Assembly (NCBI RefSeq): GCF_001194135.2
Contig: NC_068982.1
Location: 40,552,678-40,616,677, forward strand
DNA length: 64,000 nt
Source: Octopus bimaculoides
Lineage: Eukaryota
Direction of reading: 5' to 3'
This document shows positions 26,871-39,549 of the stretch, in pieces. Below the pieces are notes generated by a model that saw only the letters and a list, made by a program, of their open reading frames with translations, had not been told where the DNA came from and did no database searches. Within the stretch, counting starts at the first letter, position 1. Every line of letters starts with the position of its first letter. Position numbers and translations under genes: made by a program.

Positions 26871-27581
26871 AATGCACCACGTGATTAGAAAGAAAATTAT
26901 TTAACTATACGCCTATGCCTACAACCTACTTTCCTTTCTTAGGAAAACTGTAAAGATTTAGGAAAAAAATCAGAAACATTTCCTGCCTTTAAGGAAAAAG
27001 GGAGAATTAATTGAACATTCTGTTAAGGATATAAACATCTTCAGAGGGAGGGTATTAAAATGCGATTACTGTTTTAGTACCCGATTAGATGAAAGTGCAA
27101 ATGGACATTACATATAAGGACTTGTACTAGTTATGTGTAGAGCTTTATTATATGTATAAACAAATTGTAGGTTAGGTTAAGTGACGACTATTGTGATTGG
27201 TTGACGTTAAGGACCGTTATATTTCGATTGAATGACATTTAATAGATAACCGTTGTTGTTGTTCTTCATCTATGTGTGTTTATGCTGAGAGACATGGAGG
27301 AAATAAGATCTATTTATTTTTTTTTATGCCGTTATTTCAATAGATTGTCAAAATTGATATTTATTAACCGAACAAATTTTGTTCCCATTCTCTGAATATA
27401 TACACATATACAGAAATACACACGTACATAAAAACACAATCACACACGCACACACATACACACACATACACACATACATACTTACATATATGTATATATG
27501 AAATATGTACGTATAAAATATATATATATTTATATATATCATATATATGCATATTTATATATCTATACACACACACATATT

Positions 27582-27613
<32 letters not shown>

Positions 27614-28384
27614 NNNNNNNNNNNNNNNNNNNNNNNNNNNNNNNNNNNNNNNNNNNNNNNNNNNNNNNNNNNNNNNNNNNNNNNNNNNNNNNNNNNNNNN
27701 NNNNNNNNNNNNNNNNNNNNNNNNNNNNNNNNNNNNNNNNNNNNNNNNNNNNNNNNNNNNNNNNNNNNNNNNNNNNNNNNNNNNNNNNNNNNNNNNNNNN
27801 NNNNNNNNNNNNNNNNNNNNNNNNNNNNNNNNNNNNNNNNNNNNNNNNNNNNNNNNNNNNNNNNNNNNNNNNNNNNNNNNNNNNNNNNNNNNNNNNNNNN
27901 NNNNNNNNNNNNNNNNNNNNNNNNNNNNNNNNNNNNNNNNNNNNNNNNNNNNNNNNNNNNNNNNNNNNNNNNNNNNNNNNNNNNNNNNNNNNNNNNNNNN
28001 NNNNNNNNNNNNNNNNNNNNNNNNNNNNNNNNNNNNNNNNNNNNNNNNNNNNNNNNNNNNNNNNNNNNNNNNNNNNNNNNNNNNNNNNNNNNNNNNNNNN
28101 NNNNNNNNNNNNNNNNNNNNNNNNNNNNNNNNNNNNNNNNNNNNNNNNNNNNNNNNNNNNNNNNNNNNNNNNNNNNNNNNNNNNNNNNNNNNNNNNNNNN
28201 NNNNNNNNNNNNNNNNNNNNNNNNNNNNNNNNNNNNNNNNNNNNNNNNNNNNNNNNNNNNNNNNNNNNNNNNNNNNNNNNNNNNNNNNNNNNNNNNNNNN
28301 NNNNNNNNNNNNNNNNNNNNNNNNNNNNNNNATATACATATACACATTTACATATATGCATATGTATACATACATACATACATG

Positions 28385-28416
<32 letters not shown>

Positions 28417-28619
28417 TACATACATACATACATACATACATATGTCTGTATGTTTGGGTTCCTTTTTTGTATGTGTGTGTATACGTGTGTGTGTGTCTAA
28501 ATGATCTGGAAAAGTAGTTACTTATAAAAAGTAGATGCGTTTGGATGCCTGGAGTGAGTATACACGTAGTCACATGATCCATGTTTGCAGTGAAACTGAA
28601 AAAAAATACTTTACTTTTC

Positions 28620-29315
28620 TACTCTTTTACTTGTTTCAGTCATTTGACTGTGGCCATGCTGGAGCACCGCCTTTAGTCGAATAAATTGACCCCAGGACTT
28701 ATTCTTTGTAAGCCTCGTACTTATTCTATTTGTCTTTTTATGCCGGTCCGCTAAGTTACGGGGACGTAAACACACCAGCATCGGTTGTNNNNNNNNNNNN
28801 NNNNNNNNNNNNNNNNNNNNNNNNNNNNNNNNNNNNNNNNNNNNNNNNNNNNNNNNNNNNNNNNNNNNNNNNNNNNNNNNNNNNNNNNNNNNNNNNNNNN
28901 NNNNNNNNNNNNNNNNNNNNNNNNNNNNNNNNNNNNNNNNNNNNNNNNNNNNNNNNNNNNNNNNNNNNNNNNNNNNNNNNNNNNNNNNNNNNNNNNNNNN
29001 NNNNNNNNNNNNNNNNNNNNNNNNNNNNNNNNNNNNNNNNNNNNNNNNNNNNNNNNNNNNNNNNNNNNNNNNNNNNNNNNNNNNNNNNNNNNNNNNNNNN
29101 NNNNNNNNNNNNNNNNNNNNNNNNNNNNNNNNNNNNNNNNNNTATATATACGACGGGCTTTTTTCAGTTTCTGTCTACCAAATCCACTCACAAGGCTTTG
29201 GTCGGCCCGAGGCTTTAGTAGAAGACACTTGCCCAAGGTGCCACACAGTGGGACTGAACCCGGAACCTTGTGGTTGGTAAGCAAGCTACTTAACACACAG
29301 CCACTCCTACGCCTG
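28620..29315 (-). mobile_element. SINE family B, full length, N-gap exactly at the internal microsatellite
   Basis: Tail at 28620-28788, gap at 28789-29142, head at 29143-29315 (gcccaaggtgccacacagtgggactgaacccggaacc). Confidence 0.92.
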
Positions 29316-30066
29316 CATAAATATTTAGATTGTCTTCCATTAAAAGCCTTTTGCTTTAATTTCTTAACTGTTATTTGCTGCAACCGTTTGCAGTCGATGA
29401 CGATTCGAAGCGAACTGAAGTATCTTCCTTGTAGTTTGTCAAGGCGATATCGGGGGATCGCCTTGACGATGATGATATTCAAGATAGATAATATCTGATA
29501 ATATCCATGATGGGTCAGATATATATCTTGTTTTGTTTTGTTCTGTTTGAGTTGCCCAGATGAAATGCATACGAGCGCTACATTTGTGGCTGTCCGCATT
29601 CTTGTGCTTATTGTAATGTTATTGTACGTAATTCCTTATATTTTTCTCATCTACCACATCTACCTATATCGTATCTTTATTGTGTTGACTGTAACGGTTG
29701 TTTCGATTGGCCGGGCGGGGTGCTATTTTTGTTACTTCGCTTTTTGCATTTGTTCTGGAAGACTTTTGGTGTGAACACGTGTTTTAAAATTGATGTATTG
29801 TTTTATTTTGGTTGGGTCGTATTATTAATAAACTCAGACGCACTGGTTATGTTTCATCTCGGTTCTATTACCCACCAATTAAATAATTGATTAAACAGTG
29901 AGCATGCGATAAGTGCTGAGTCAAAAGATGTCCTTGCAGAGCACAGAGTCATTGATAAGGTGACAGACCTGTGATGAAAGGACTTTGACAGACTAATCGA
30001 TTGATTAACCAATTGGTCAATATAATTGTAAGTGACTGGTAATACAACTGAAGTGAAACATAACCA

Positions 30067-30118
<52 letters not shown>

Positions 30119-30489
30119 ACGTTCATTGACTATATGGCCTTCCCAAAATACACCTCTCTTCTTGCAAGAAGAGAGGTGACAGATTTAGAAATTATGTTAG
30201 TTAATTTTAGTGTATTTGTTCAGAGTAATTTTTTTATGTGTAGCTGCAGTAGAATAGGAATAATTTTGCAAGCTTATCTGGAGAAATTCGCAAAGACTTC
30301 AATATGATGACATATGCACGCTAAGCTAGGGGTGTGCTTCGTGGAGGCATAGGAAGATCATATAACTATCAATAGTTGTTGTTACTGTTGTTACTGTTGT
30401 CGTTGTTCCTGTTCTTGTTTTTATTGTTGTTACTGCTGTTGTCGTCCTTTAAAGTTAGGTAAAGTTACTTTCTCTAGTTATACCGACTC

Positions 30490-30712
30490 ATAAGGGCCGG
30501 TTTCTCGGTTTCATGGCGTTTATATTCCCCACCTGGACGAGATGCCGGTCCGTCACAGGATTACTCATTTTTGCCAGCCGAGTGGACTGGAGCAACGTGA
30601 AATGAAGTGTTTTTCTCAAGAACACAACGCGTCGCCCGGTGCAGAAATCGAAACTACAAAATTACGATCATGCGTCCAACATCCTAACCACTAAGCTACG
30701 CGTCTCCACGCT
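30490..30712 (-). mobile_element. SINE family D, near complete
   Basis: Minus strand has a tRNA-like head gtagcttagtggttaggatg..tttcgatttc, then ttgtgttcttgagaaaaacacttc and cctgtgacggaccggcatctcgtccagg..gaaaccggcccttatgag. Confidence 0.8.
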
Positions 30713-31194
30713 GTTGTTTACCTTCGAGTCATCCCTGATCAGGAGTTTTATGACCAAAGGCAATCAAACCATTGTCATTCCGTCATATTTTCAGTATTAG
30801 TATACAACGGACCTCATAATGCATTCTATTTTAGATAATGGTATGTAATTTGAGAAGAATTTTACTACTATGTCTAACATATCGCCCTCACATAGACTTC
30901 TGATTGGTTCAATAGGCATTAGCAAGTATGTACGGCTGTGCGTATGGATAATTGTCCAAATTATATAATTCTAGTTGCCTTGTTATTTCACACATCCCTG
31001 GTCTTTGTTTTTTGGGTTTTTTTTCTTTTATCTGAGGGACAATTCACTAGTAAATACATGTTGATCCTCAAGAAAGTGTTTAGCATTTTCTTTATAGGTG
31101 CATAGCCGGATATAGCAACAAAAAAAGTTTTGATGATATTAATGATAGCTAGGATGGTGAGTGAAGGTCATTCTAACAGTTGTTGTTAAAGCTG

Positions 31195-31556
31195 TTATTA
31201 CTTCCGCCTTGGCGAAGGCGGAGGTATTGTTTTCAGTCGTGTTTGTTTGTTTGTCTGTGGACAAGATATCTCAAGAACCACAGGATGGATTCAGATGAAA
31301 CTTTCAAGGATATTTGGCCTTGTGACTGGCATCAACTGATTAGATTTTGGGATCGATCTGATCCCGGACAAGGATTATTTTTCCATTTTTTTTTTTTTTT
31401 TACTTAATCATTGAGAGCGGTCGGGTTCATTTTTAGTATTCTCGTTTGTGAGAACAGTCGAGTTTATTTCAGATATTCTCATCATCTCTGGCTAATCGTT
31501 GAGAGGACGTTGGTGTTGCCTTGGTGGAGGTTTGCGCTCTCTGAGTGCTCTTGTTT
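31195..31556 (+). mobile_element. Non-autonomous Helentron/DINE-1-like (HINE) element
   Basis: 5' hairpin cttccgcctt-ggcg-aaggcggagg, internal (gttt)n/gtctgt repeat, 3' subterminal inverted repeat ccttggtggaggt, hairpin gcgctc-tct-gagtgc and a T-rich end. Confidence 0.7.
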
Positions 31557-32883
31557 ATAATTTGTATGATTTTTCATTAATTCTTTGTGTATTGTTTGTA
31601 CACAAGCGTTATTGTTTCTTTGCGTATTATAAGTAAACAAGTGCTATTGTTTCTTTGTGCTGTCTGGCTGCCTATTAGATCTCTCTCACTCTCTCTTTCT
31701 CTCTCACTCTCTTCCCCTTCCCCTCCCTCTCTTCCTCTCTCCCCCTCTTCCCTCTCTCACTCCTGCTGTGAATGTTGCATAATTGTTATACGCAGGTCTT
31801 TGTAAACAGGGATCTATGTATGTGTTAAGTGAGGTAAAGCGCAGCGCTCTGGATCTTCTGAATTTAATTCGAAATTAAAATGTGTGCGATACTGAACCTC
31901 TTTCCTATAATTTTTATCACTGTTCGCTTTTTTTATTGGACTACGGCCATGCTAAGATCCGGCATTGTAATGATTCATGATGGCTAACTTAATTTATTTG
32001 TCTCAAGTTATATCATGTTGACGATTCCAAACGAGGACAAAACAGCACTATACATGGCTACCAACGACAAGAAAATTTTAAAACGTCATAGGTAGAAAAA
32101 AATTAAATGTGTCTGCTCTGTATAGCTCGTCTGCTCTGTATAACGTGTCTGCTCTGCATAACTTCTTTACTCTTGATGTTAATTCCTCAAGTTAAATTAA
32201 TCTAGAACAGACTGCCTTCCCTATAATAGTTACTCACCAGGAGCACATCACGTTACATAGTAAATTTATTTTGTGGAATGTTTGCCTTATATGGACTTGT
32301 GGCCCATCTATACTGCGATTTTATTATACAAAAGTGCTTTATTATACAGAAGCAAAAGTGGGAACGTACAGTCATAAAAAGAGTAGTGTTTCTTTAGAAA
32401 AAGTAAGTTTATCTCATTCTTTTCAACCAATGAAATTACTCCCTACAGTTAACTCCTGAAATTTGACTCGGCGAAAGTAAACTTAGCTACCTAGACTGAA
32501 TATACTCTGTTATCTTCGTAATCTTCGATTTAAATCTATCAAACATATTTTTAGCCGATAATTTTCCCATTTGACAATAAAATGTATGAAAGAACAGGAG
32601 ATCTAGAGGCAAAGCAGGGGAAGGAGAAATAGGGAGAGTTATGTGCAAATATAAACATATAGACCAAAGATATATCCAAACACACAATTGCTCTCACACA
32701 CATAGACAAAAATATACAATATTCAATTAAAACATAACCTCTGTTAATTAGCTTTCACATTGATTTATAGCGAACACACTTCTCAACTGACATACATACA
32801 CATTTCAAGACAAATCTGTCATCACATTTATAGTCTCTCTCTCCCTCTCTCTCCATCTCTCTATCTATCTATCTATCTATCTA

Positions 32884-32924
<41 letters not shown>

Positions 32925-32928
32925 TACA

Positions 32929-33386
32929 AACAGGAGGTTGCAATATTTCACCAAAAAGGAGAAGTATTATTGTCACTCAATGTGACTAGGGTGTTAAGAA
33001 ATACCAACATTTCTAGAAATAAGAGCTAAAATGCTCTAATGCTGTAGTTCACACATATGAATGAAAGCATATACACTACCAGGGACATGAATTGTCCTTT
33101 TTGGTGAAATATTGCAGCCTGTTGTTTATATTAATTTTATCTATGCACATTAGCGAATCGTTAAATTATCTATTAAATTGGATGACGAAAATGTATATAC
33201 TAATAGGGAAGCTAGCCCGAAATGAACCGAGATCAAGCGGGTTTAACTGATGAAGTAACGGAAATTGCCGAAACTAACGTGTATATGTTTTGATTCACGT
33301 TCGATAACTGCAGCATTAGAACATTTTAGATCTTATTTCTAGAAATGTAGGTGTTTCTTAACGCCCTTGTCACATTTAGTGACAAT
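32929..33386. mobile_element. MITE-like element with interleaved inverted repeats
   Basis: 32929-32960 pairs with 33095-33123; 32969-33049 pairs with 33306-33386. Confidence 0.75.
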
Positions 33387-34149
33387 TCAATTATATATAT
33401 NNNNNNNNNNNNNNNNNNNNNNNNNNNNNNNNNNNNNNNNNNNNNNNNNNNNNNNNNNNNNNNNNNNNNNNNNNNNNNNNNNNNNNNNNNNNNNNNNNNN
33501 NNNNNNNNNNNNNNNNNNNNNNNNNNNNNNNNNNNNNNNNNNNNNNNNNNNNNNNNNNNNNNNNNNNNNNNNNNNNNNNNNNNNNNNNNNNNNNNNNNNN
33601 NNNNNNNNNNNNNNNNNNNNNNNNNNNNNNNNNNNNNNNNNNNNNNNNNNNNNNNNNNNNNNNNNNNNNNNNNNNNNNNNNNNNNNNNNNNNNNNNNNNN
33701 NNNNNNNNNNNNNNNNNNNNNNNNNNNNNNNNNNNNNNNNNNNNNNNNNNNNNNNNNNNNNNNNNNNNNNNNNNNNNNNNNNNNNNNNNNNNNNNNNNNN
33801 NNNNNNNNNNNNNNNNNNNNNNNNNNNNNNNNNNNNNNNNNNNNNNNNNNNNNNNNNNNNNNNNNNNNNNNNNNNNNNNNNNNNNNNNNNNNNNNNNNNN
33901 NNNNNNNNNNNNNNNNNNNNNNNNNNNNNNNNNNNNNNNNNNNNNNNNNNNNNNNNNNNNNNNNNNNNNNNNNNNNNNNNNNNNNNNNNNNNNNNNNNNN
34001 NNNNNNNNNNNNNNNNNNNNNNNNNNNNNNNNNNNNNNNNNNNNNNNNNNNNNNNNNNNNNNNNNNNNNNNNNNNNNNNNNNNNNNNNNNNNNNNNNNNN
34101 NNNNNNNNNNNNNNNNNNNNNNNNNNNNNNNNNNNNNNNNNNNNNNNNN

Positions 34150-34199
<50 letters not shown>

Positions 34200-34205
<6 letters not shown>

Positions 34206-34350
34206 TAAGAAGTTTGCTTCCCAAGAACAGGGTTCCGGGTTCAGTCCTACTAGGCAGCAACTTGGACACGTCTCCTCAACTATAGTCTCAGACAGACCAA
34301 GACTTTGTGGGTGATTTGGTAGACAGAAACTGAAACAAGTCTGTCGTATC
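34200..34350 (+). mobile_element. SINE family B, 5' half
   Basis: gtggtaagaagtttgcttccc..gggttcagtcctac..gatttggtagacagaaactgaaacaagtctgtcg, followed by (GATA)n/(GACA)n. Confidence 0.85.
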
Positions 34351-34366
34351 TATTTATCTATCTATC

Positions 34367-34434
<68 letters not shown>

Positions 34435-34463
34435 CAGACATACAGACAGACAGTCAGACAGTC

Positions 34464-34559
<96 letters not shown>

Positions 34560-34796
34560 TTCTTTNNNNNNNNNNNNNNTACGAAATTAACGCAAGTAAC
34601 GCTTTGCTTAAAAAGAATAGAGACAGAGAGTTACTTACCGTTCGAAAGTTCGGTTGTTTTTTCCTTTGAATGTTCGTTAAGGAGGCTGCTGTAAAGTTTT
34701 TTGGCTAAATATTTTTGGCATCCCACTACCGCATTGGGGTAGAGGGATTTTATAGTGTGGTGTAATGTTGGCGTGATATGGTAATTTTTTATATGA

Positions 34797-36321
34797 TTAG
34801 GTGGCGTCGTGTATGGGTGGTTGTTTGTTTTGATGTTGTTTTTTTGTTATGTTTGTTTTTGTATTTATGTAGTTCATTAATTCTGTGTTTGTAGTGTCTA
34901 TTGCTGTGAGCATGTTTTCTGTATGTGTTCTTGTGGTGTTGATGTTGTTTGTGATATGTTTGGAGACGATGGTTTCGGGAGATGTATATCTCCCTGCTTT
35001 GTTGGTGTTTGCATTTGGTTTGGTTCTTTTTTTATTCCTTTTCCTCCGTCCTTTTCGGGCTATTTGCCACTCACTACTGCTATTTTCGTCCTCGGACGAG
35101 TCTTCTGAGGAATCGGAAGGGGGTAAGGGCATGTCGTGTGCTTGTGTGTTAGTTTGTTGAAGTGGGTGTGTTGTTGATGATTGTTGATTATCTGCTTGTG
35201 GTGTATGTGATGTGGGAGAAGAGGAATTAGTTTTTGTATTGTCTTTTGCTTTTACAGTTTCCTTAGTACTTGTAGTTGTTGTTTGTGTTTTTTCGGGTAC
35301 ATTTGTTGGTGTAGGCGGGTTTGGTTTGTGGGATTCTTCTGTCTTGCTCCTTTTGCTCGCTCTTTGTGTTGGTGGTGGTGTGGGTAGTAGGGGTCCTTTT
35401 TTGGCTGTTTTTCCTTCTTGTTTTTTGTTTTCTGTTGCTGTTGGGCAATCTTTTTTTAGGTGCCCTTCGATGCCACACAGGTAGCATCTAGGCCTTCTAC
35501 CTTCTACTACAGCGTAGAGGGTGTGGCCGTCTGGCAGCTCAATTTGAGTTGGAATTTCTTTTGATTCTTCCTGTGTAATCTGTAACAGGGCATCGAATTT
35601 TTTCCATTCCAGTCTTCCTGCTTTAATGCAGTAGTTTCTAGAATGTTTATATTTCCTTCCATGTGATAGCAAATAGCTGATAACAGCCATTGTGGTTCCA
35701 CTTCTGGAGGGACATTTTTTATCGATACTATGGTTACCCTTTGTCCAAGGTACGTGGGCACCAATATTATATTTTCGGAACGAAGAGTCAGCGTGGATAA
35801 CTTTTTCGCTTTCTCTTCGCTGTCAAATCTAACTTGCACNNNNNNNNNNNNNNNNNNNNNNNNNNNNNNNNNNNNNNNNNNNNNNNNNNNNNNNNNNNNN
35901 NNNNNNNNNNNNNNNNNNNNNNNNNNNNNNNNNNNNNNNNNNNNNNNNNNNNNNNNNNNNNNNNNNNNNNNNNNNNNNNNNNNNNNNNNNNNNNNNNNNN
36001 NNNNNNNNNNNNNNNNNNNNNNNNNNNNNNNNNNNNNNNNNNNNNNNNNNNNNNNNNNNNNNNNNNNNNNNNNNNNNNNNNNNNNNNNNNNNNNNNNNNN
36101 NNNNNNNNNNNNNNNNNNNNNNNNNNNNNNNNNNNNNNNNNNNNNNNNNNNNNNNNNNNNNNNNNNNNNNNNNNNNNNNNNNNNNNNNNNNNNNNNNNNN
36201 NNNNNNNNNNNNNNNNNNNNNNNNNNNNNNNNNNNNNNNNNNNNNNNNNNNNNNNNNNNNNNNNNNNNNNNNNNNNNNNNNNNGGACTGGAACAGCGTTC
36301 CAAAACAATGTTTCTCGACAT
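34797..36321 (-). CDS. Non-LTR retrotransposon ORF1-like (gag-like) protein with an RRM-like region and CCHC zinc knuckle; one frameshift, partly in a gap
   Basis: Start MSRNIVLERCSS at 36321, then VQVRFDSEEKAK..VSIKNVPPEVEPQWL, a frame change at about 35600, GRRPRCYLCGIEGHLKKDCP, and a T/K/N/P-rich tail to the stop at 34797. The L1/Tx1-like assignment is inference. Confidence 0.8.
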
Positions 36322-36524
36322 TTTTCCAAATGCCGAGAAAAAATTTATATTTTGACGGGGATGGAAGTGCCCCTAGGGGCCAATTCCTCCCTTCGAAAAA
36401 ATACACAAATGAAGCTTGGGTGCTTCGCACAGATCATATGGAAATTTTTTAAACAAATGTGGGCAATATAAGGTCAAAAAAAGGTTTACCTCTGCAGCCG
36501 ATGTGACAGCACGTCCGTCAGAAG

Positions 36525-36658
<134 letters not shown>

Positions 36659-37071
36659 AGCTTTCTCGCGCACACTAATACGTAAAACCCTCTTTAGAAA
36701 GAAAATGCAAACAGAAAACGGAGAAAAGCCGCTTGAGATGCTAGAAATAACTGTCATGGCCATACCTTCCGACATACCTACACACAAGTGTGCTTAGGTA
36801 CAAAAGGTTTTTCAGAGATTGCATCAGTGTTATTTTTACTTGCTAGTATATTGTTATTTATATTAAAGTTTATACGATAAAAAAAAACACCAAAGATAAA
36901 AACAACAGCAATAATAACAACAACAACAACAGCAATAATAATGATAATAGTGATAGTAACAAAAACTACAACAACAATAATAATATCAACAGAAATAGCT
37001 TATTAAAATACAAAATGTTTTAAAAATTACATCAAAGCAAAATAAATCTCTCTACAATTACTTCAAAGTTT

Positions 37072-37133
<62 letters not shown>

Positions 37134-37904
37134 NNNNNNNNNNNNNNNNNNNNNNNNNNNNNNNNNNNNNNNNNNNNNNNNNNNNNNNNNNNNNNNNNNN
37201 NNNNNNNNNNNNNNNNNNNNNNNNNNNNNNNNNNNNNNNNNNNNNNNNNNNNNNNNNNNNNNNNNNNNNNNNNNNNNNNNNNNNNNNNNNNNNNNNNNNN
37301 NNNNNNNNNNNNNNNNNNNNNNNNNNNNNNNNNNNNNNNNNNNNNNNNNNNNNNNNNNNNNNNNNNNNNNNNNNNNNNNNNNNNNNNNNNNNNNNNNNNN
37401 NNNNNNNNNNNNNNNNNNNNNNNNNNNNNNNNNNNNNNNNNNNNNNNNNNNNNNNNNNNNNNNNNNNNNNNNNNNNNNNNNNNNNNNNNNNNNNNNNNNN
37501 NNNNNNNNNNNNNNNNNNNNNNNNNNNNNNNNNNNNNNNNNNNNNNNNNNNNNNNNNNNNNNNNNNNNNNNNNNNNNNNNNNNNNNNNNNNNNNNNNNNN
37601 NNNNNNNNNNNNNNNNNNNNNNNNNNNNNNNNNNNNNNNNNNNNNNNNNNNNNNNNNNNNNNNNNNNNNNNNNNNNNNNNNNNNNNNNNNNNNNNNNNNN
37701 NNNNNNNNNNNNNNNNNNNNNNNNNNNNNNNNNNNNNNNNNNNNNNNNNNNNNNNNNNNNNNNNNNNNNNNNNNNNNNNNNNNNNNNNNNNNNNNNNNNN
37801 NNNNNNNNNNNNNNNNNNNNNNNNNNNNNNNNNNNNNNNNNNNNNNNNNNNNNNNNNNNNNNNNNNNNNNNNNNNNNNNNNNNNNNNNNNNNNNNNNNNN
37901 NNNN

Positions 37905-37970
<66 letters not shown>

Positions 37971-38189
37971 TGTATATATGTATGTATATGTATATATCTT
38001 TCTCTTTCTCTCTCTTATTATTATCACCCAACTGGTATTATTGCACCTAATCAATCTTCGTTTAATAGTTTAGCAGTTGGAGACCACTGATAGACCTGGT
38101 CGACTCTACGCATGATGACGCCTCTGGGACCACCAGCTTGGAATGACCCTAGCGCCATCAAGCAAGAGCGTGAAGCCAAGCCAGTCCCG

Positions 38190-38740
38190 CTTTTATTAGT
38201 TTCAGCTCAAGGGCTGTGGCCATGCTGGGGCACCCAACTAGTATTATAACACTTTCATTAATCCTCCTTTAACAGTCAGTATTTGATAAATGAGAGAGTT
38301 TGAGGTTGCTGCCCTCATTTTCGCTTCCTGCCGTGAAGTTGGCACATCTGGGACTATTGACAGAAGGAGATCCAGTTAAGTTTTGAAGACATCTACAGCC
38401 ACACCACATTGGCCTCTCATCTCCTTCGGGAGAATATTGAAAAGCTGTGAGCTCTTGAATCCCAAGATATTGCAGTATTTAGTCCTGTATTTTGACGGCA
38501 GGTGTGGAGTTTTAGGGACTATGTAACGGCGCCCTTTTCTAGCGTTTGTATAACTTTCAGCGCCAAAGTCTGTGACAAGTCCTTCGAGAATCTTCCAGAC
38601 AGTAAAGTCTTAACCTCTTGAGTTTTTCTCAGTAGCTAATTTCCTGTATTGAGGCTATCTCCGTCGTGTAGTTTTGCTATTTGCTTTGAGTTTCGTTATG
38701 AATTTCACACTACCTGGTGACCATAGTTGGGAGTAATAGT
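38190..38740 (-). mobile_element. CR1-type LINE 3' end (ORF2 C-terminus plus 3' tail)
   Basis: SY*EKLKRLRLYCLE / WKILEGLV..QLFNILPKEMR..VFKT*LDLLLSIVPDVP..RAATSNSLIYQ. It has internal stops and a deletion at a ctggaa microhomology. Confidence 0.85.
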
Positions 38741-39104
38741 CAGGCGGCTTAAGACAAATGTCCTCCAAACAAAGGCTCATCATAATCTCCTCACTCTCTG
38801 ACATATATAACAATATATAATGTGCATGTATATATCACTATGTGTGTAGGTGTGTGCGTGAGAGAGAGAGAGTGTGTGTGTGAGTGTCTGTATGTATATA
38901 TACTGTACTGTGTGTGCGTCGCAGAATCATCACGATACCCCAGAAGGCTTATGTTTTTTTCTTTATATCGATATAGTCAAGAATCAATCTTTTCGTTCAT
39001 TTATTTTGAATCAAACTTAAAAATACCACCAACTGATTCCTAAAAAGCTGCAAGCCATTTGTATATTGTAATTATACAGATAGGTAGGTAGATAGCTAGC
39101 TAGC

Positions 39105-39168
<64 letters not shown>

Positions 39169-39309
39169 CATATAAACATATATACATAGATATGTACACA
39201 ATGTATTCATATATATATATATATACACACACATACACACACAGACACGCAGATATATATGTGTGTGAGTATGTATGTATATATATAAGTGGGGGTGCGC
39301 GCGCGTGCG

Positions 39310-39344
<35 letters not shown>

Positions 39345-39549
39345 CATAGGAAACTACATTCTTTCGTGTAATGAATACTACCTTCAAAAAGTTGCCATTA
39401 ATGCAAGCCTGGCACAAAAAAATCTTATCTTCAAGAAGCCCTTCCTGCACCACCACCACCTCTTTAGGAGAATATCGTAGCACTAATCAAGCAGCAATGA
39501 ACTTGAACTGATAACAACACGTGGCCTACTGATACATATGCCTTGGCAA

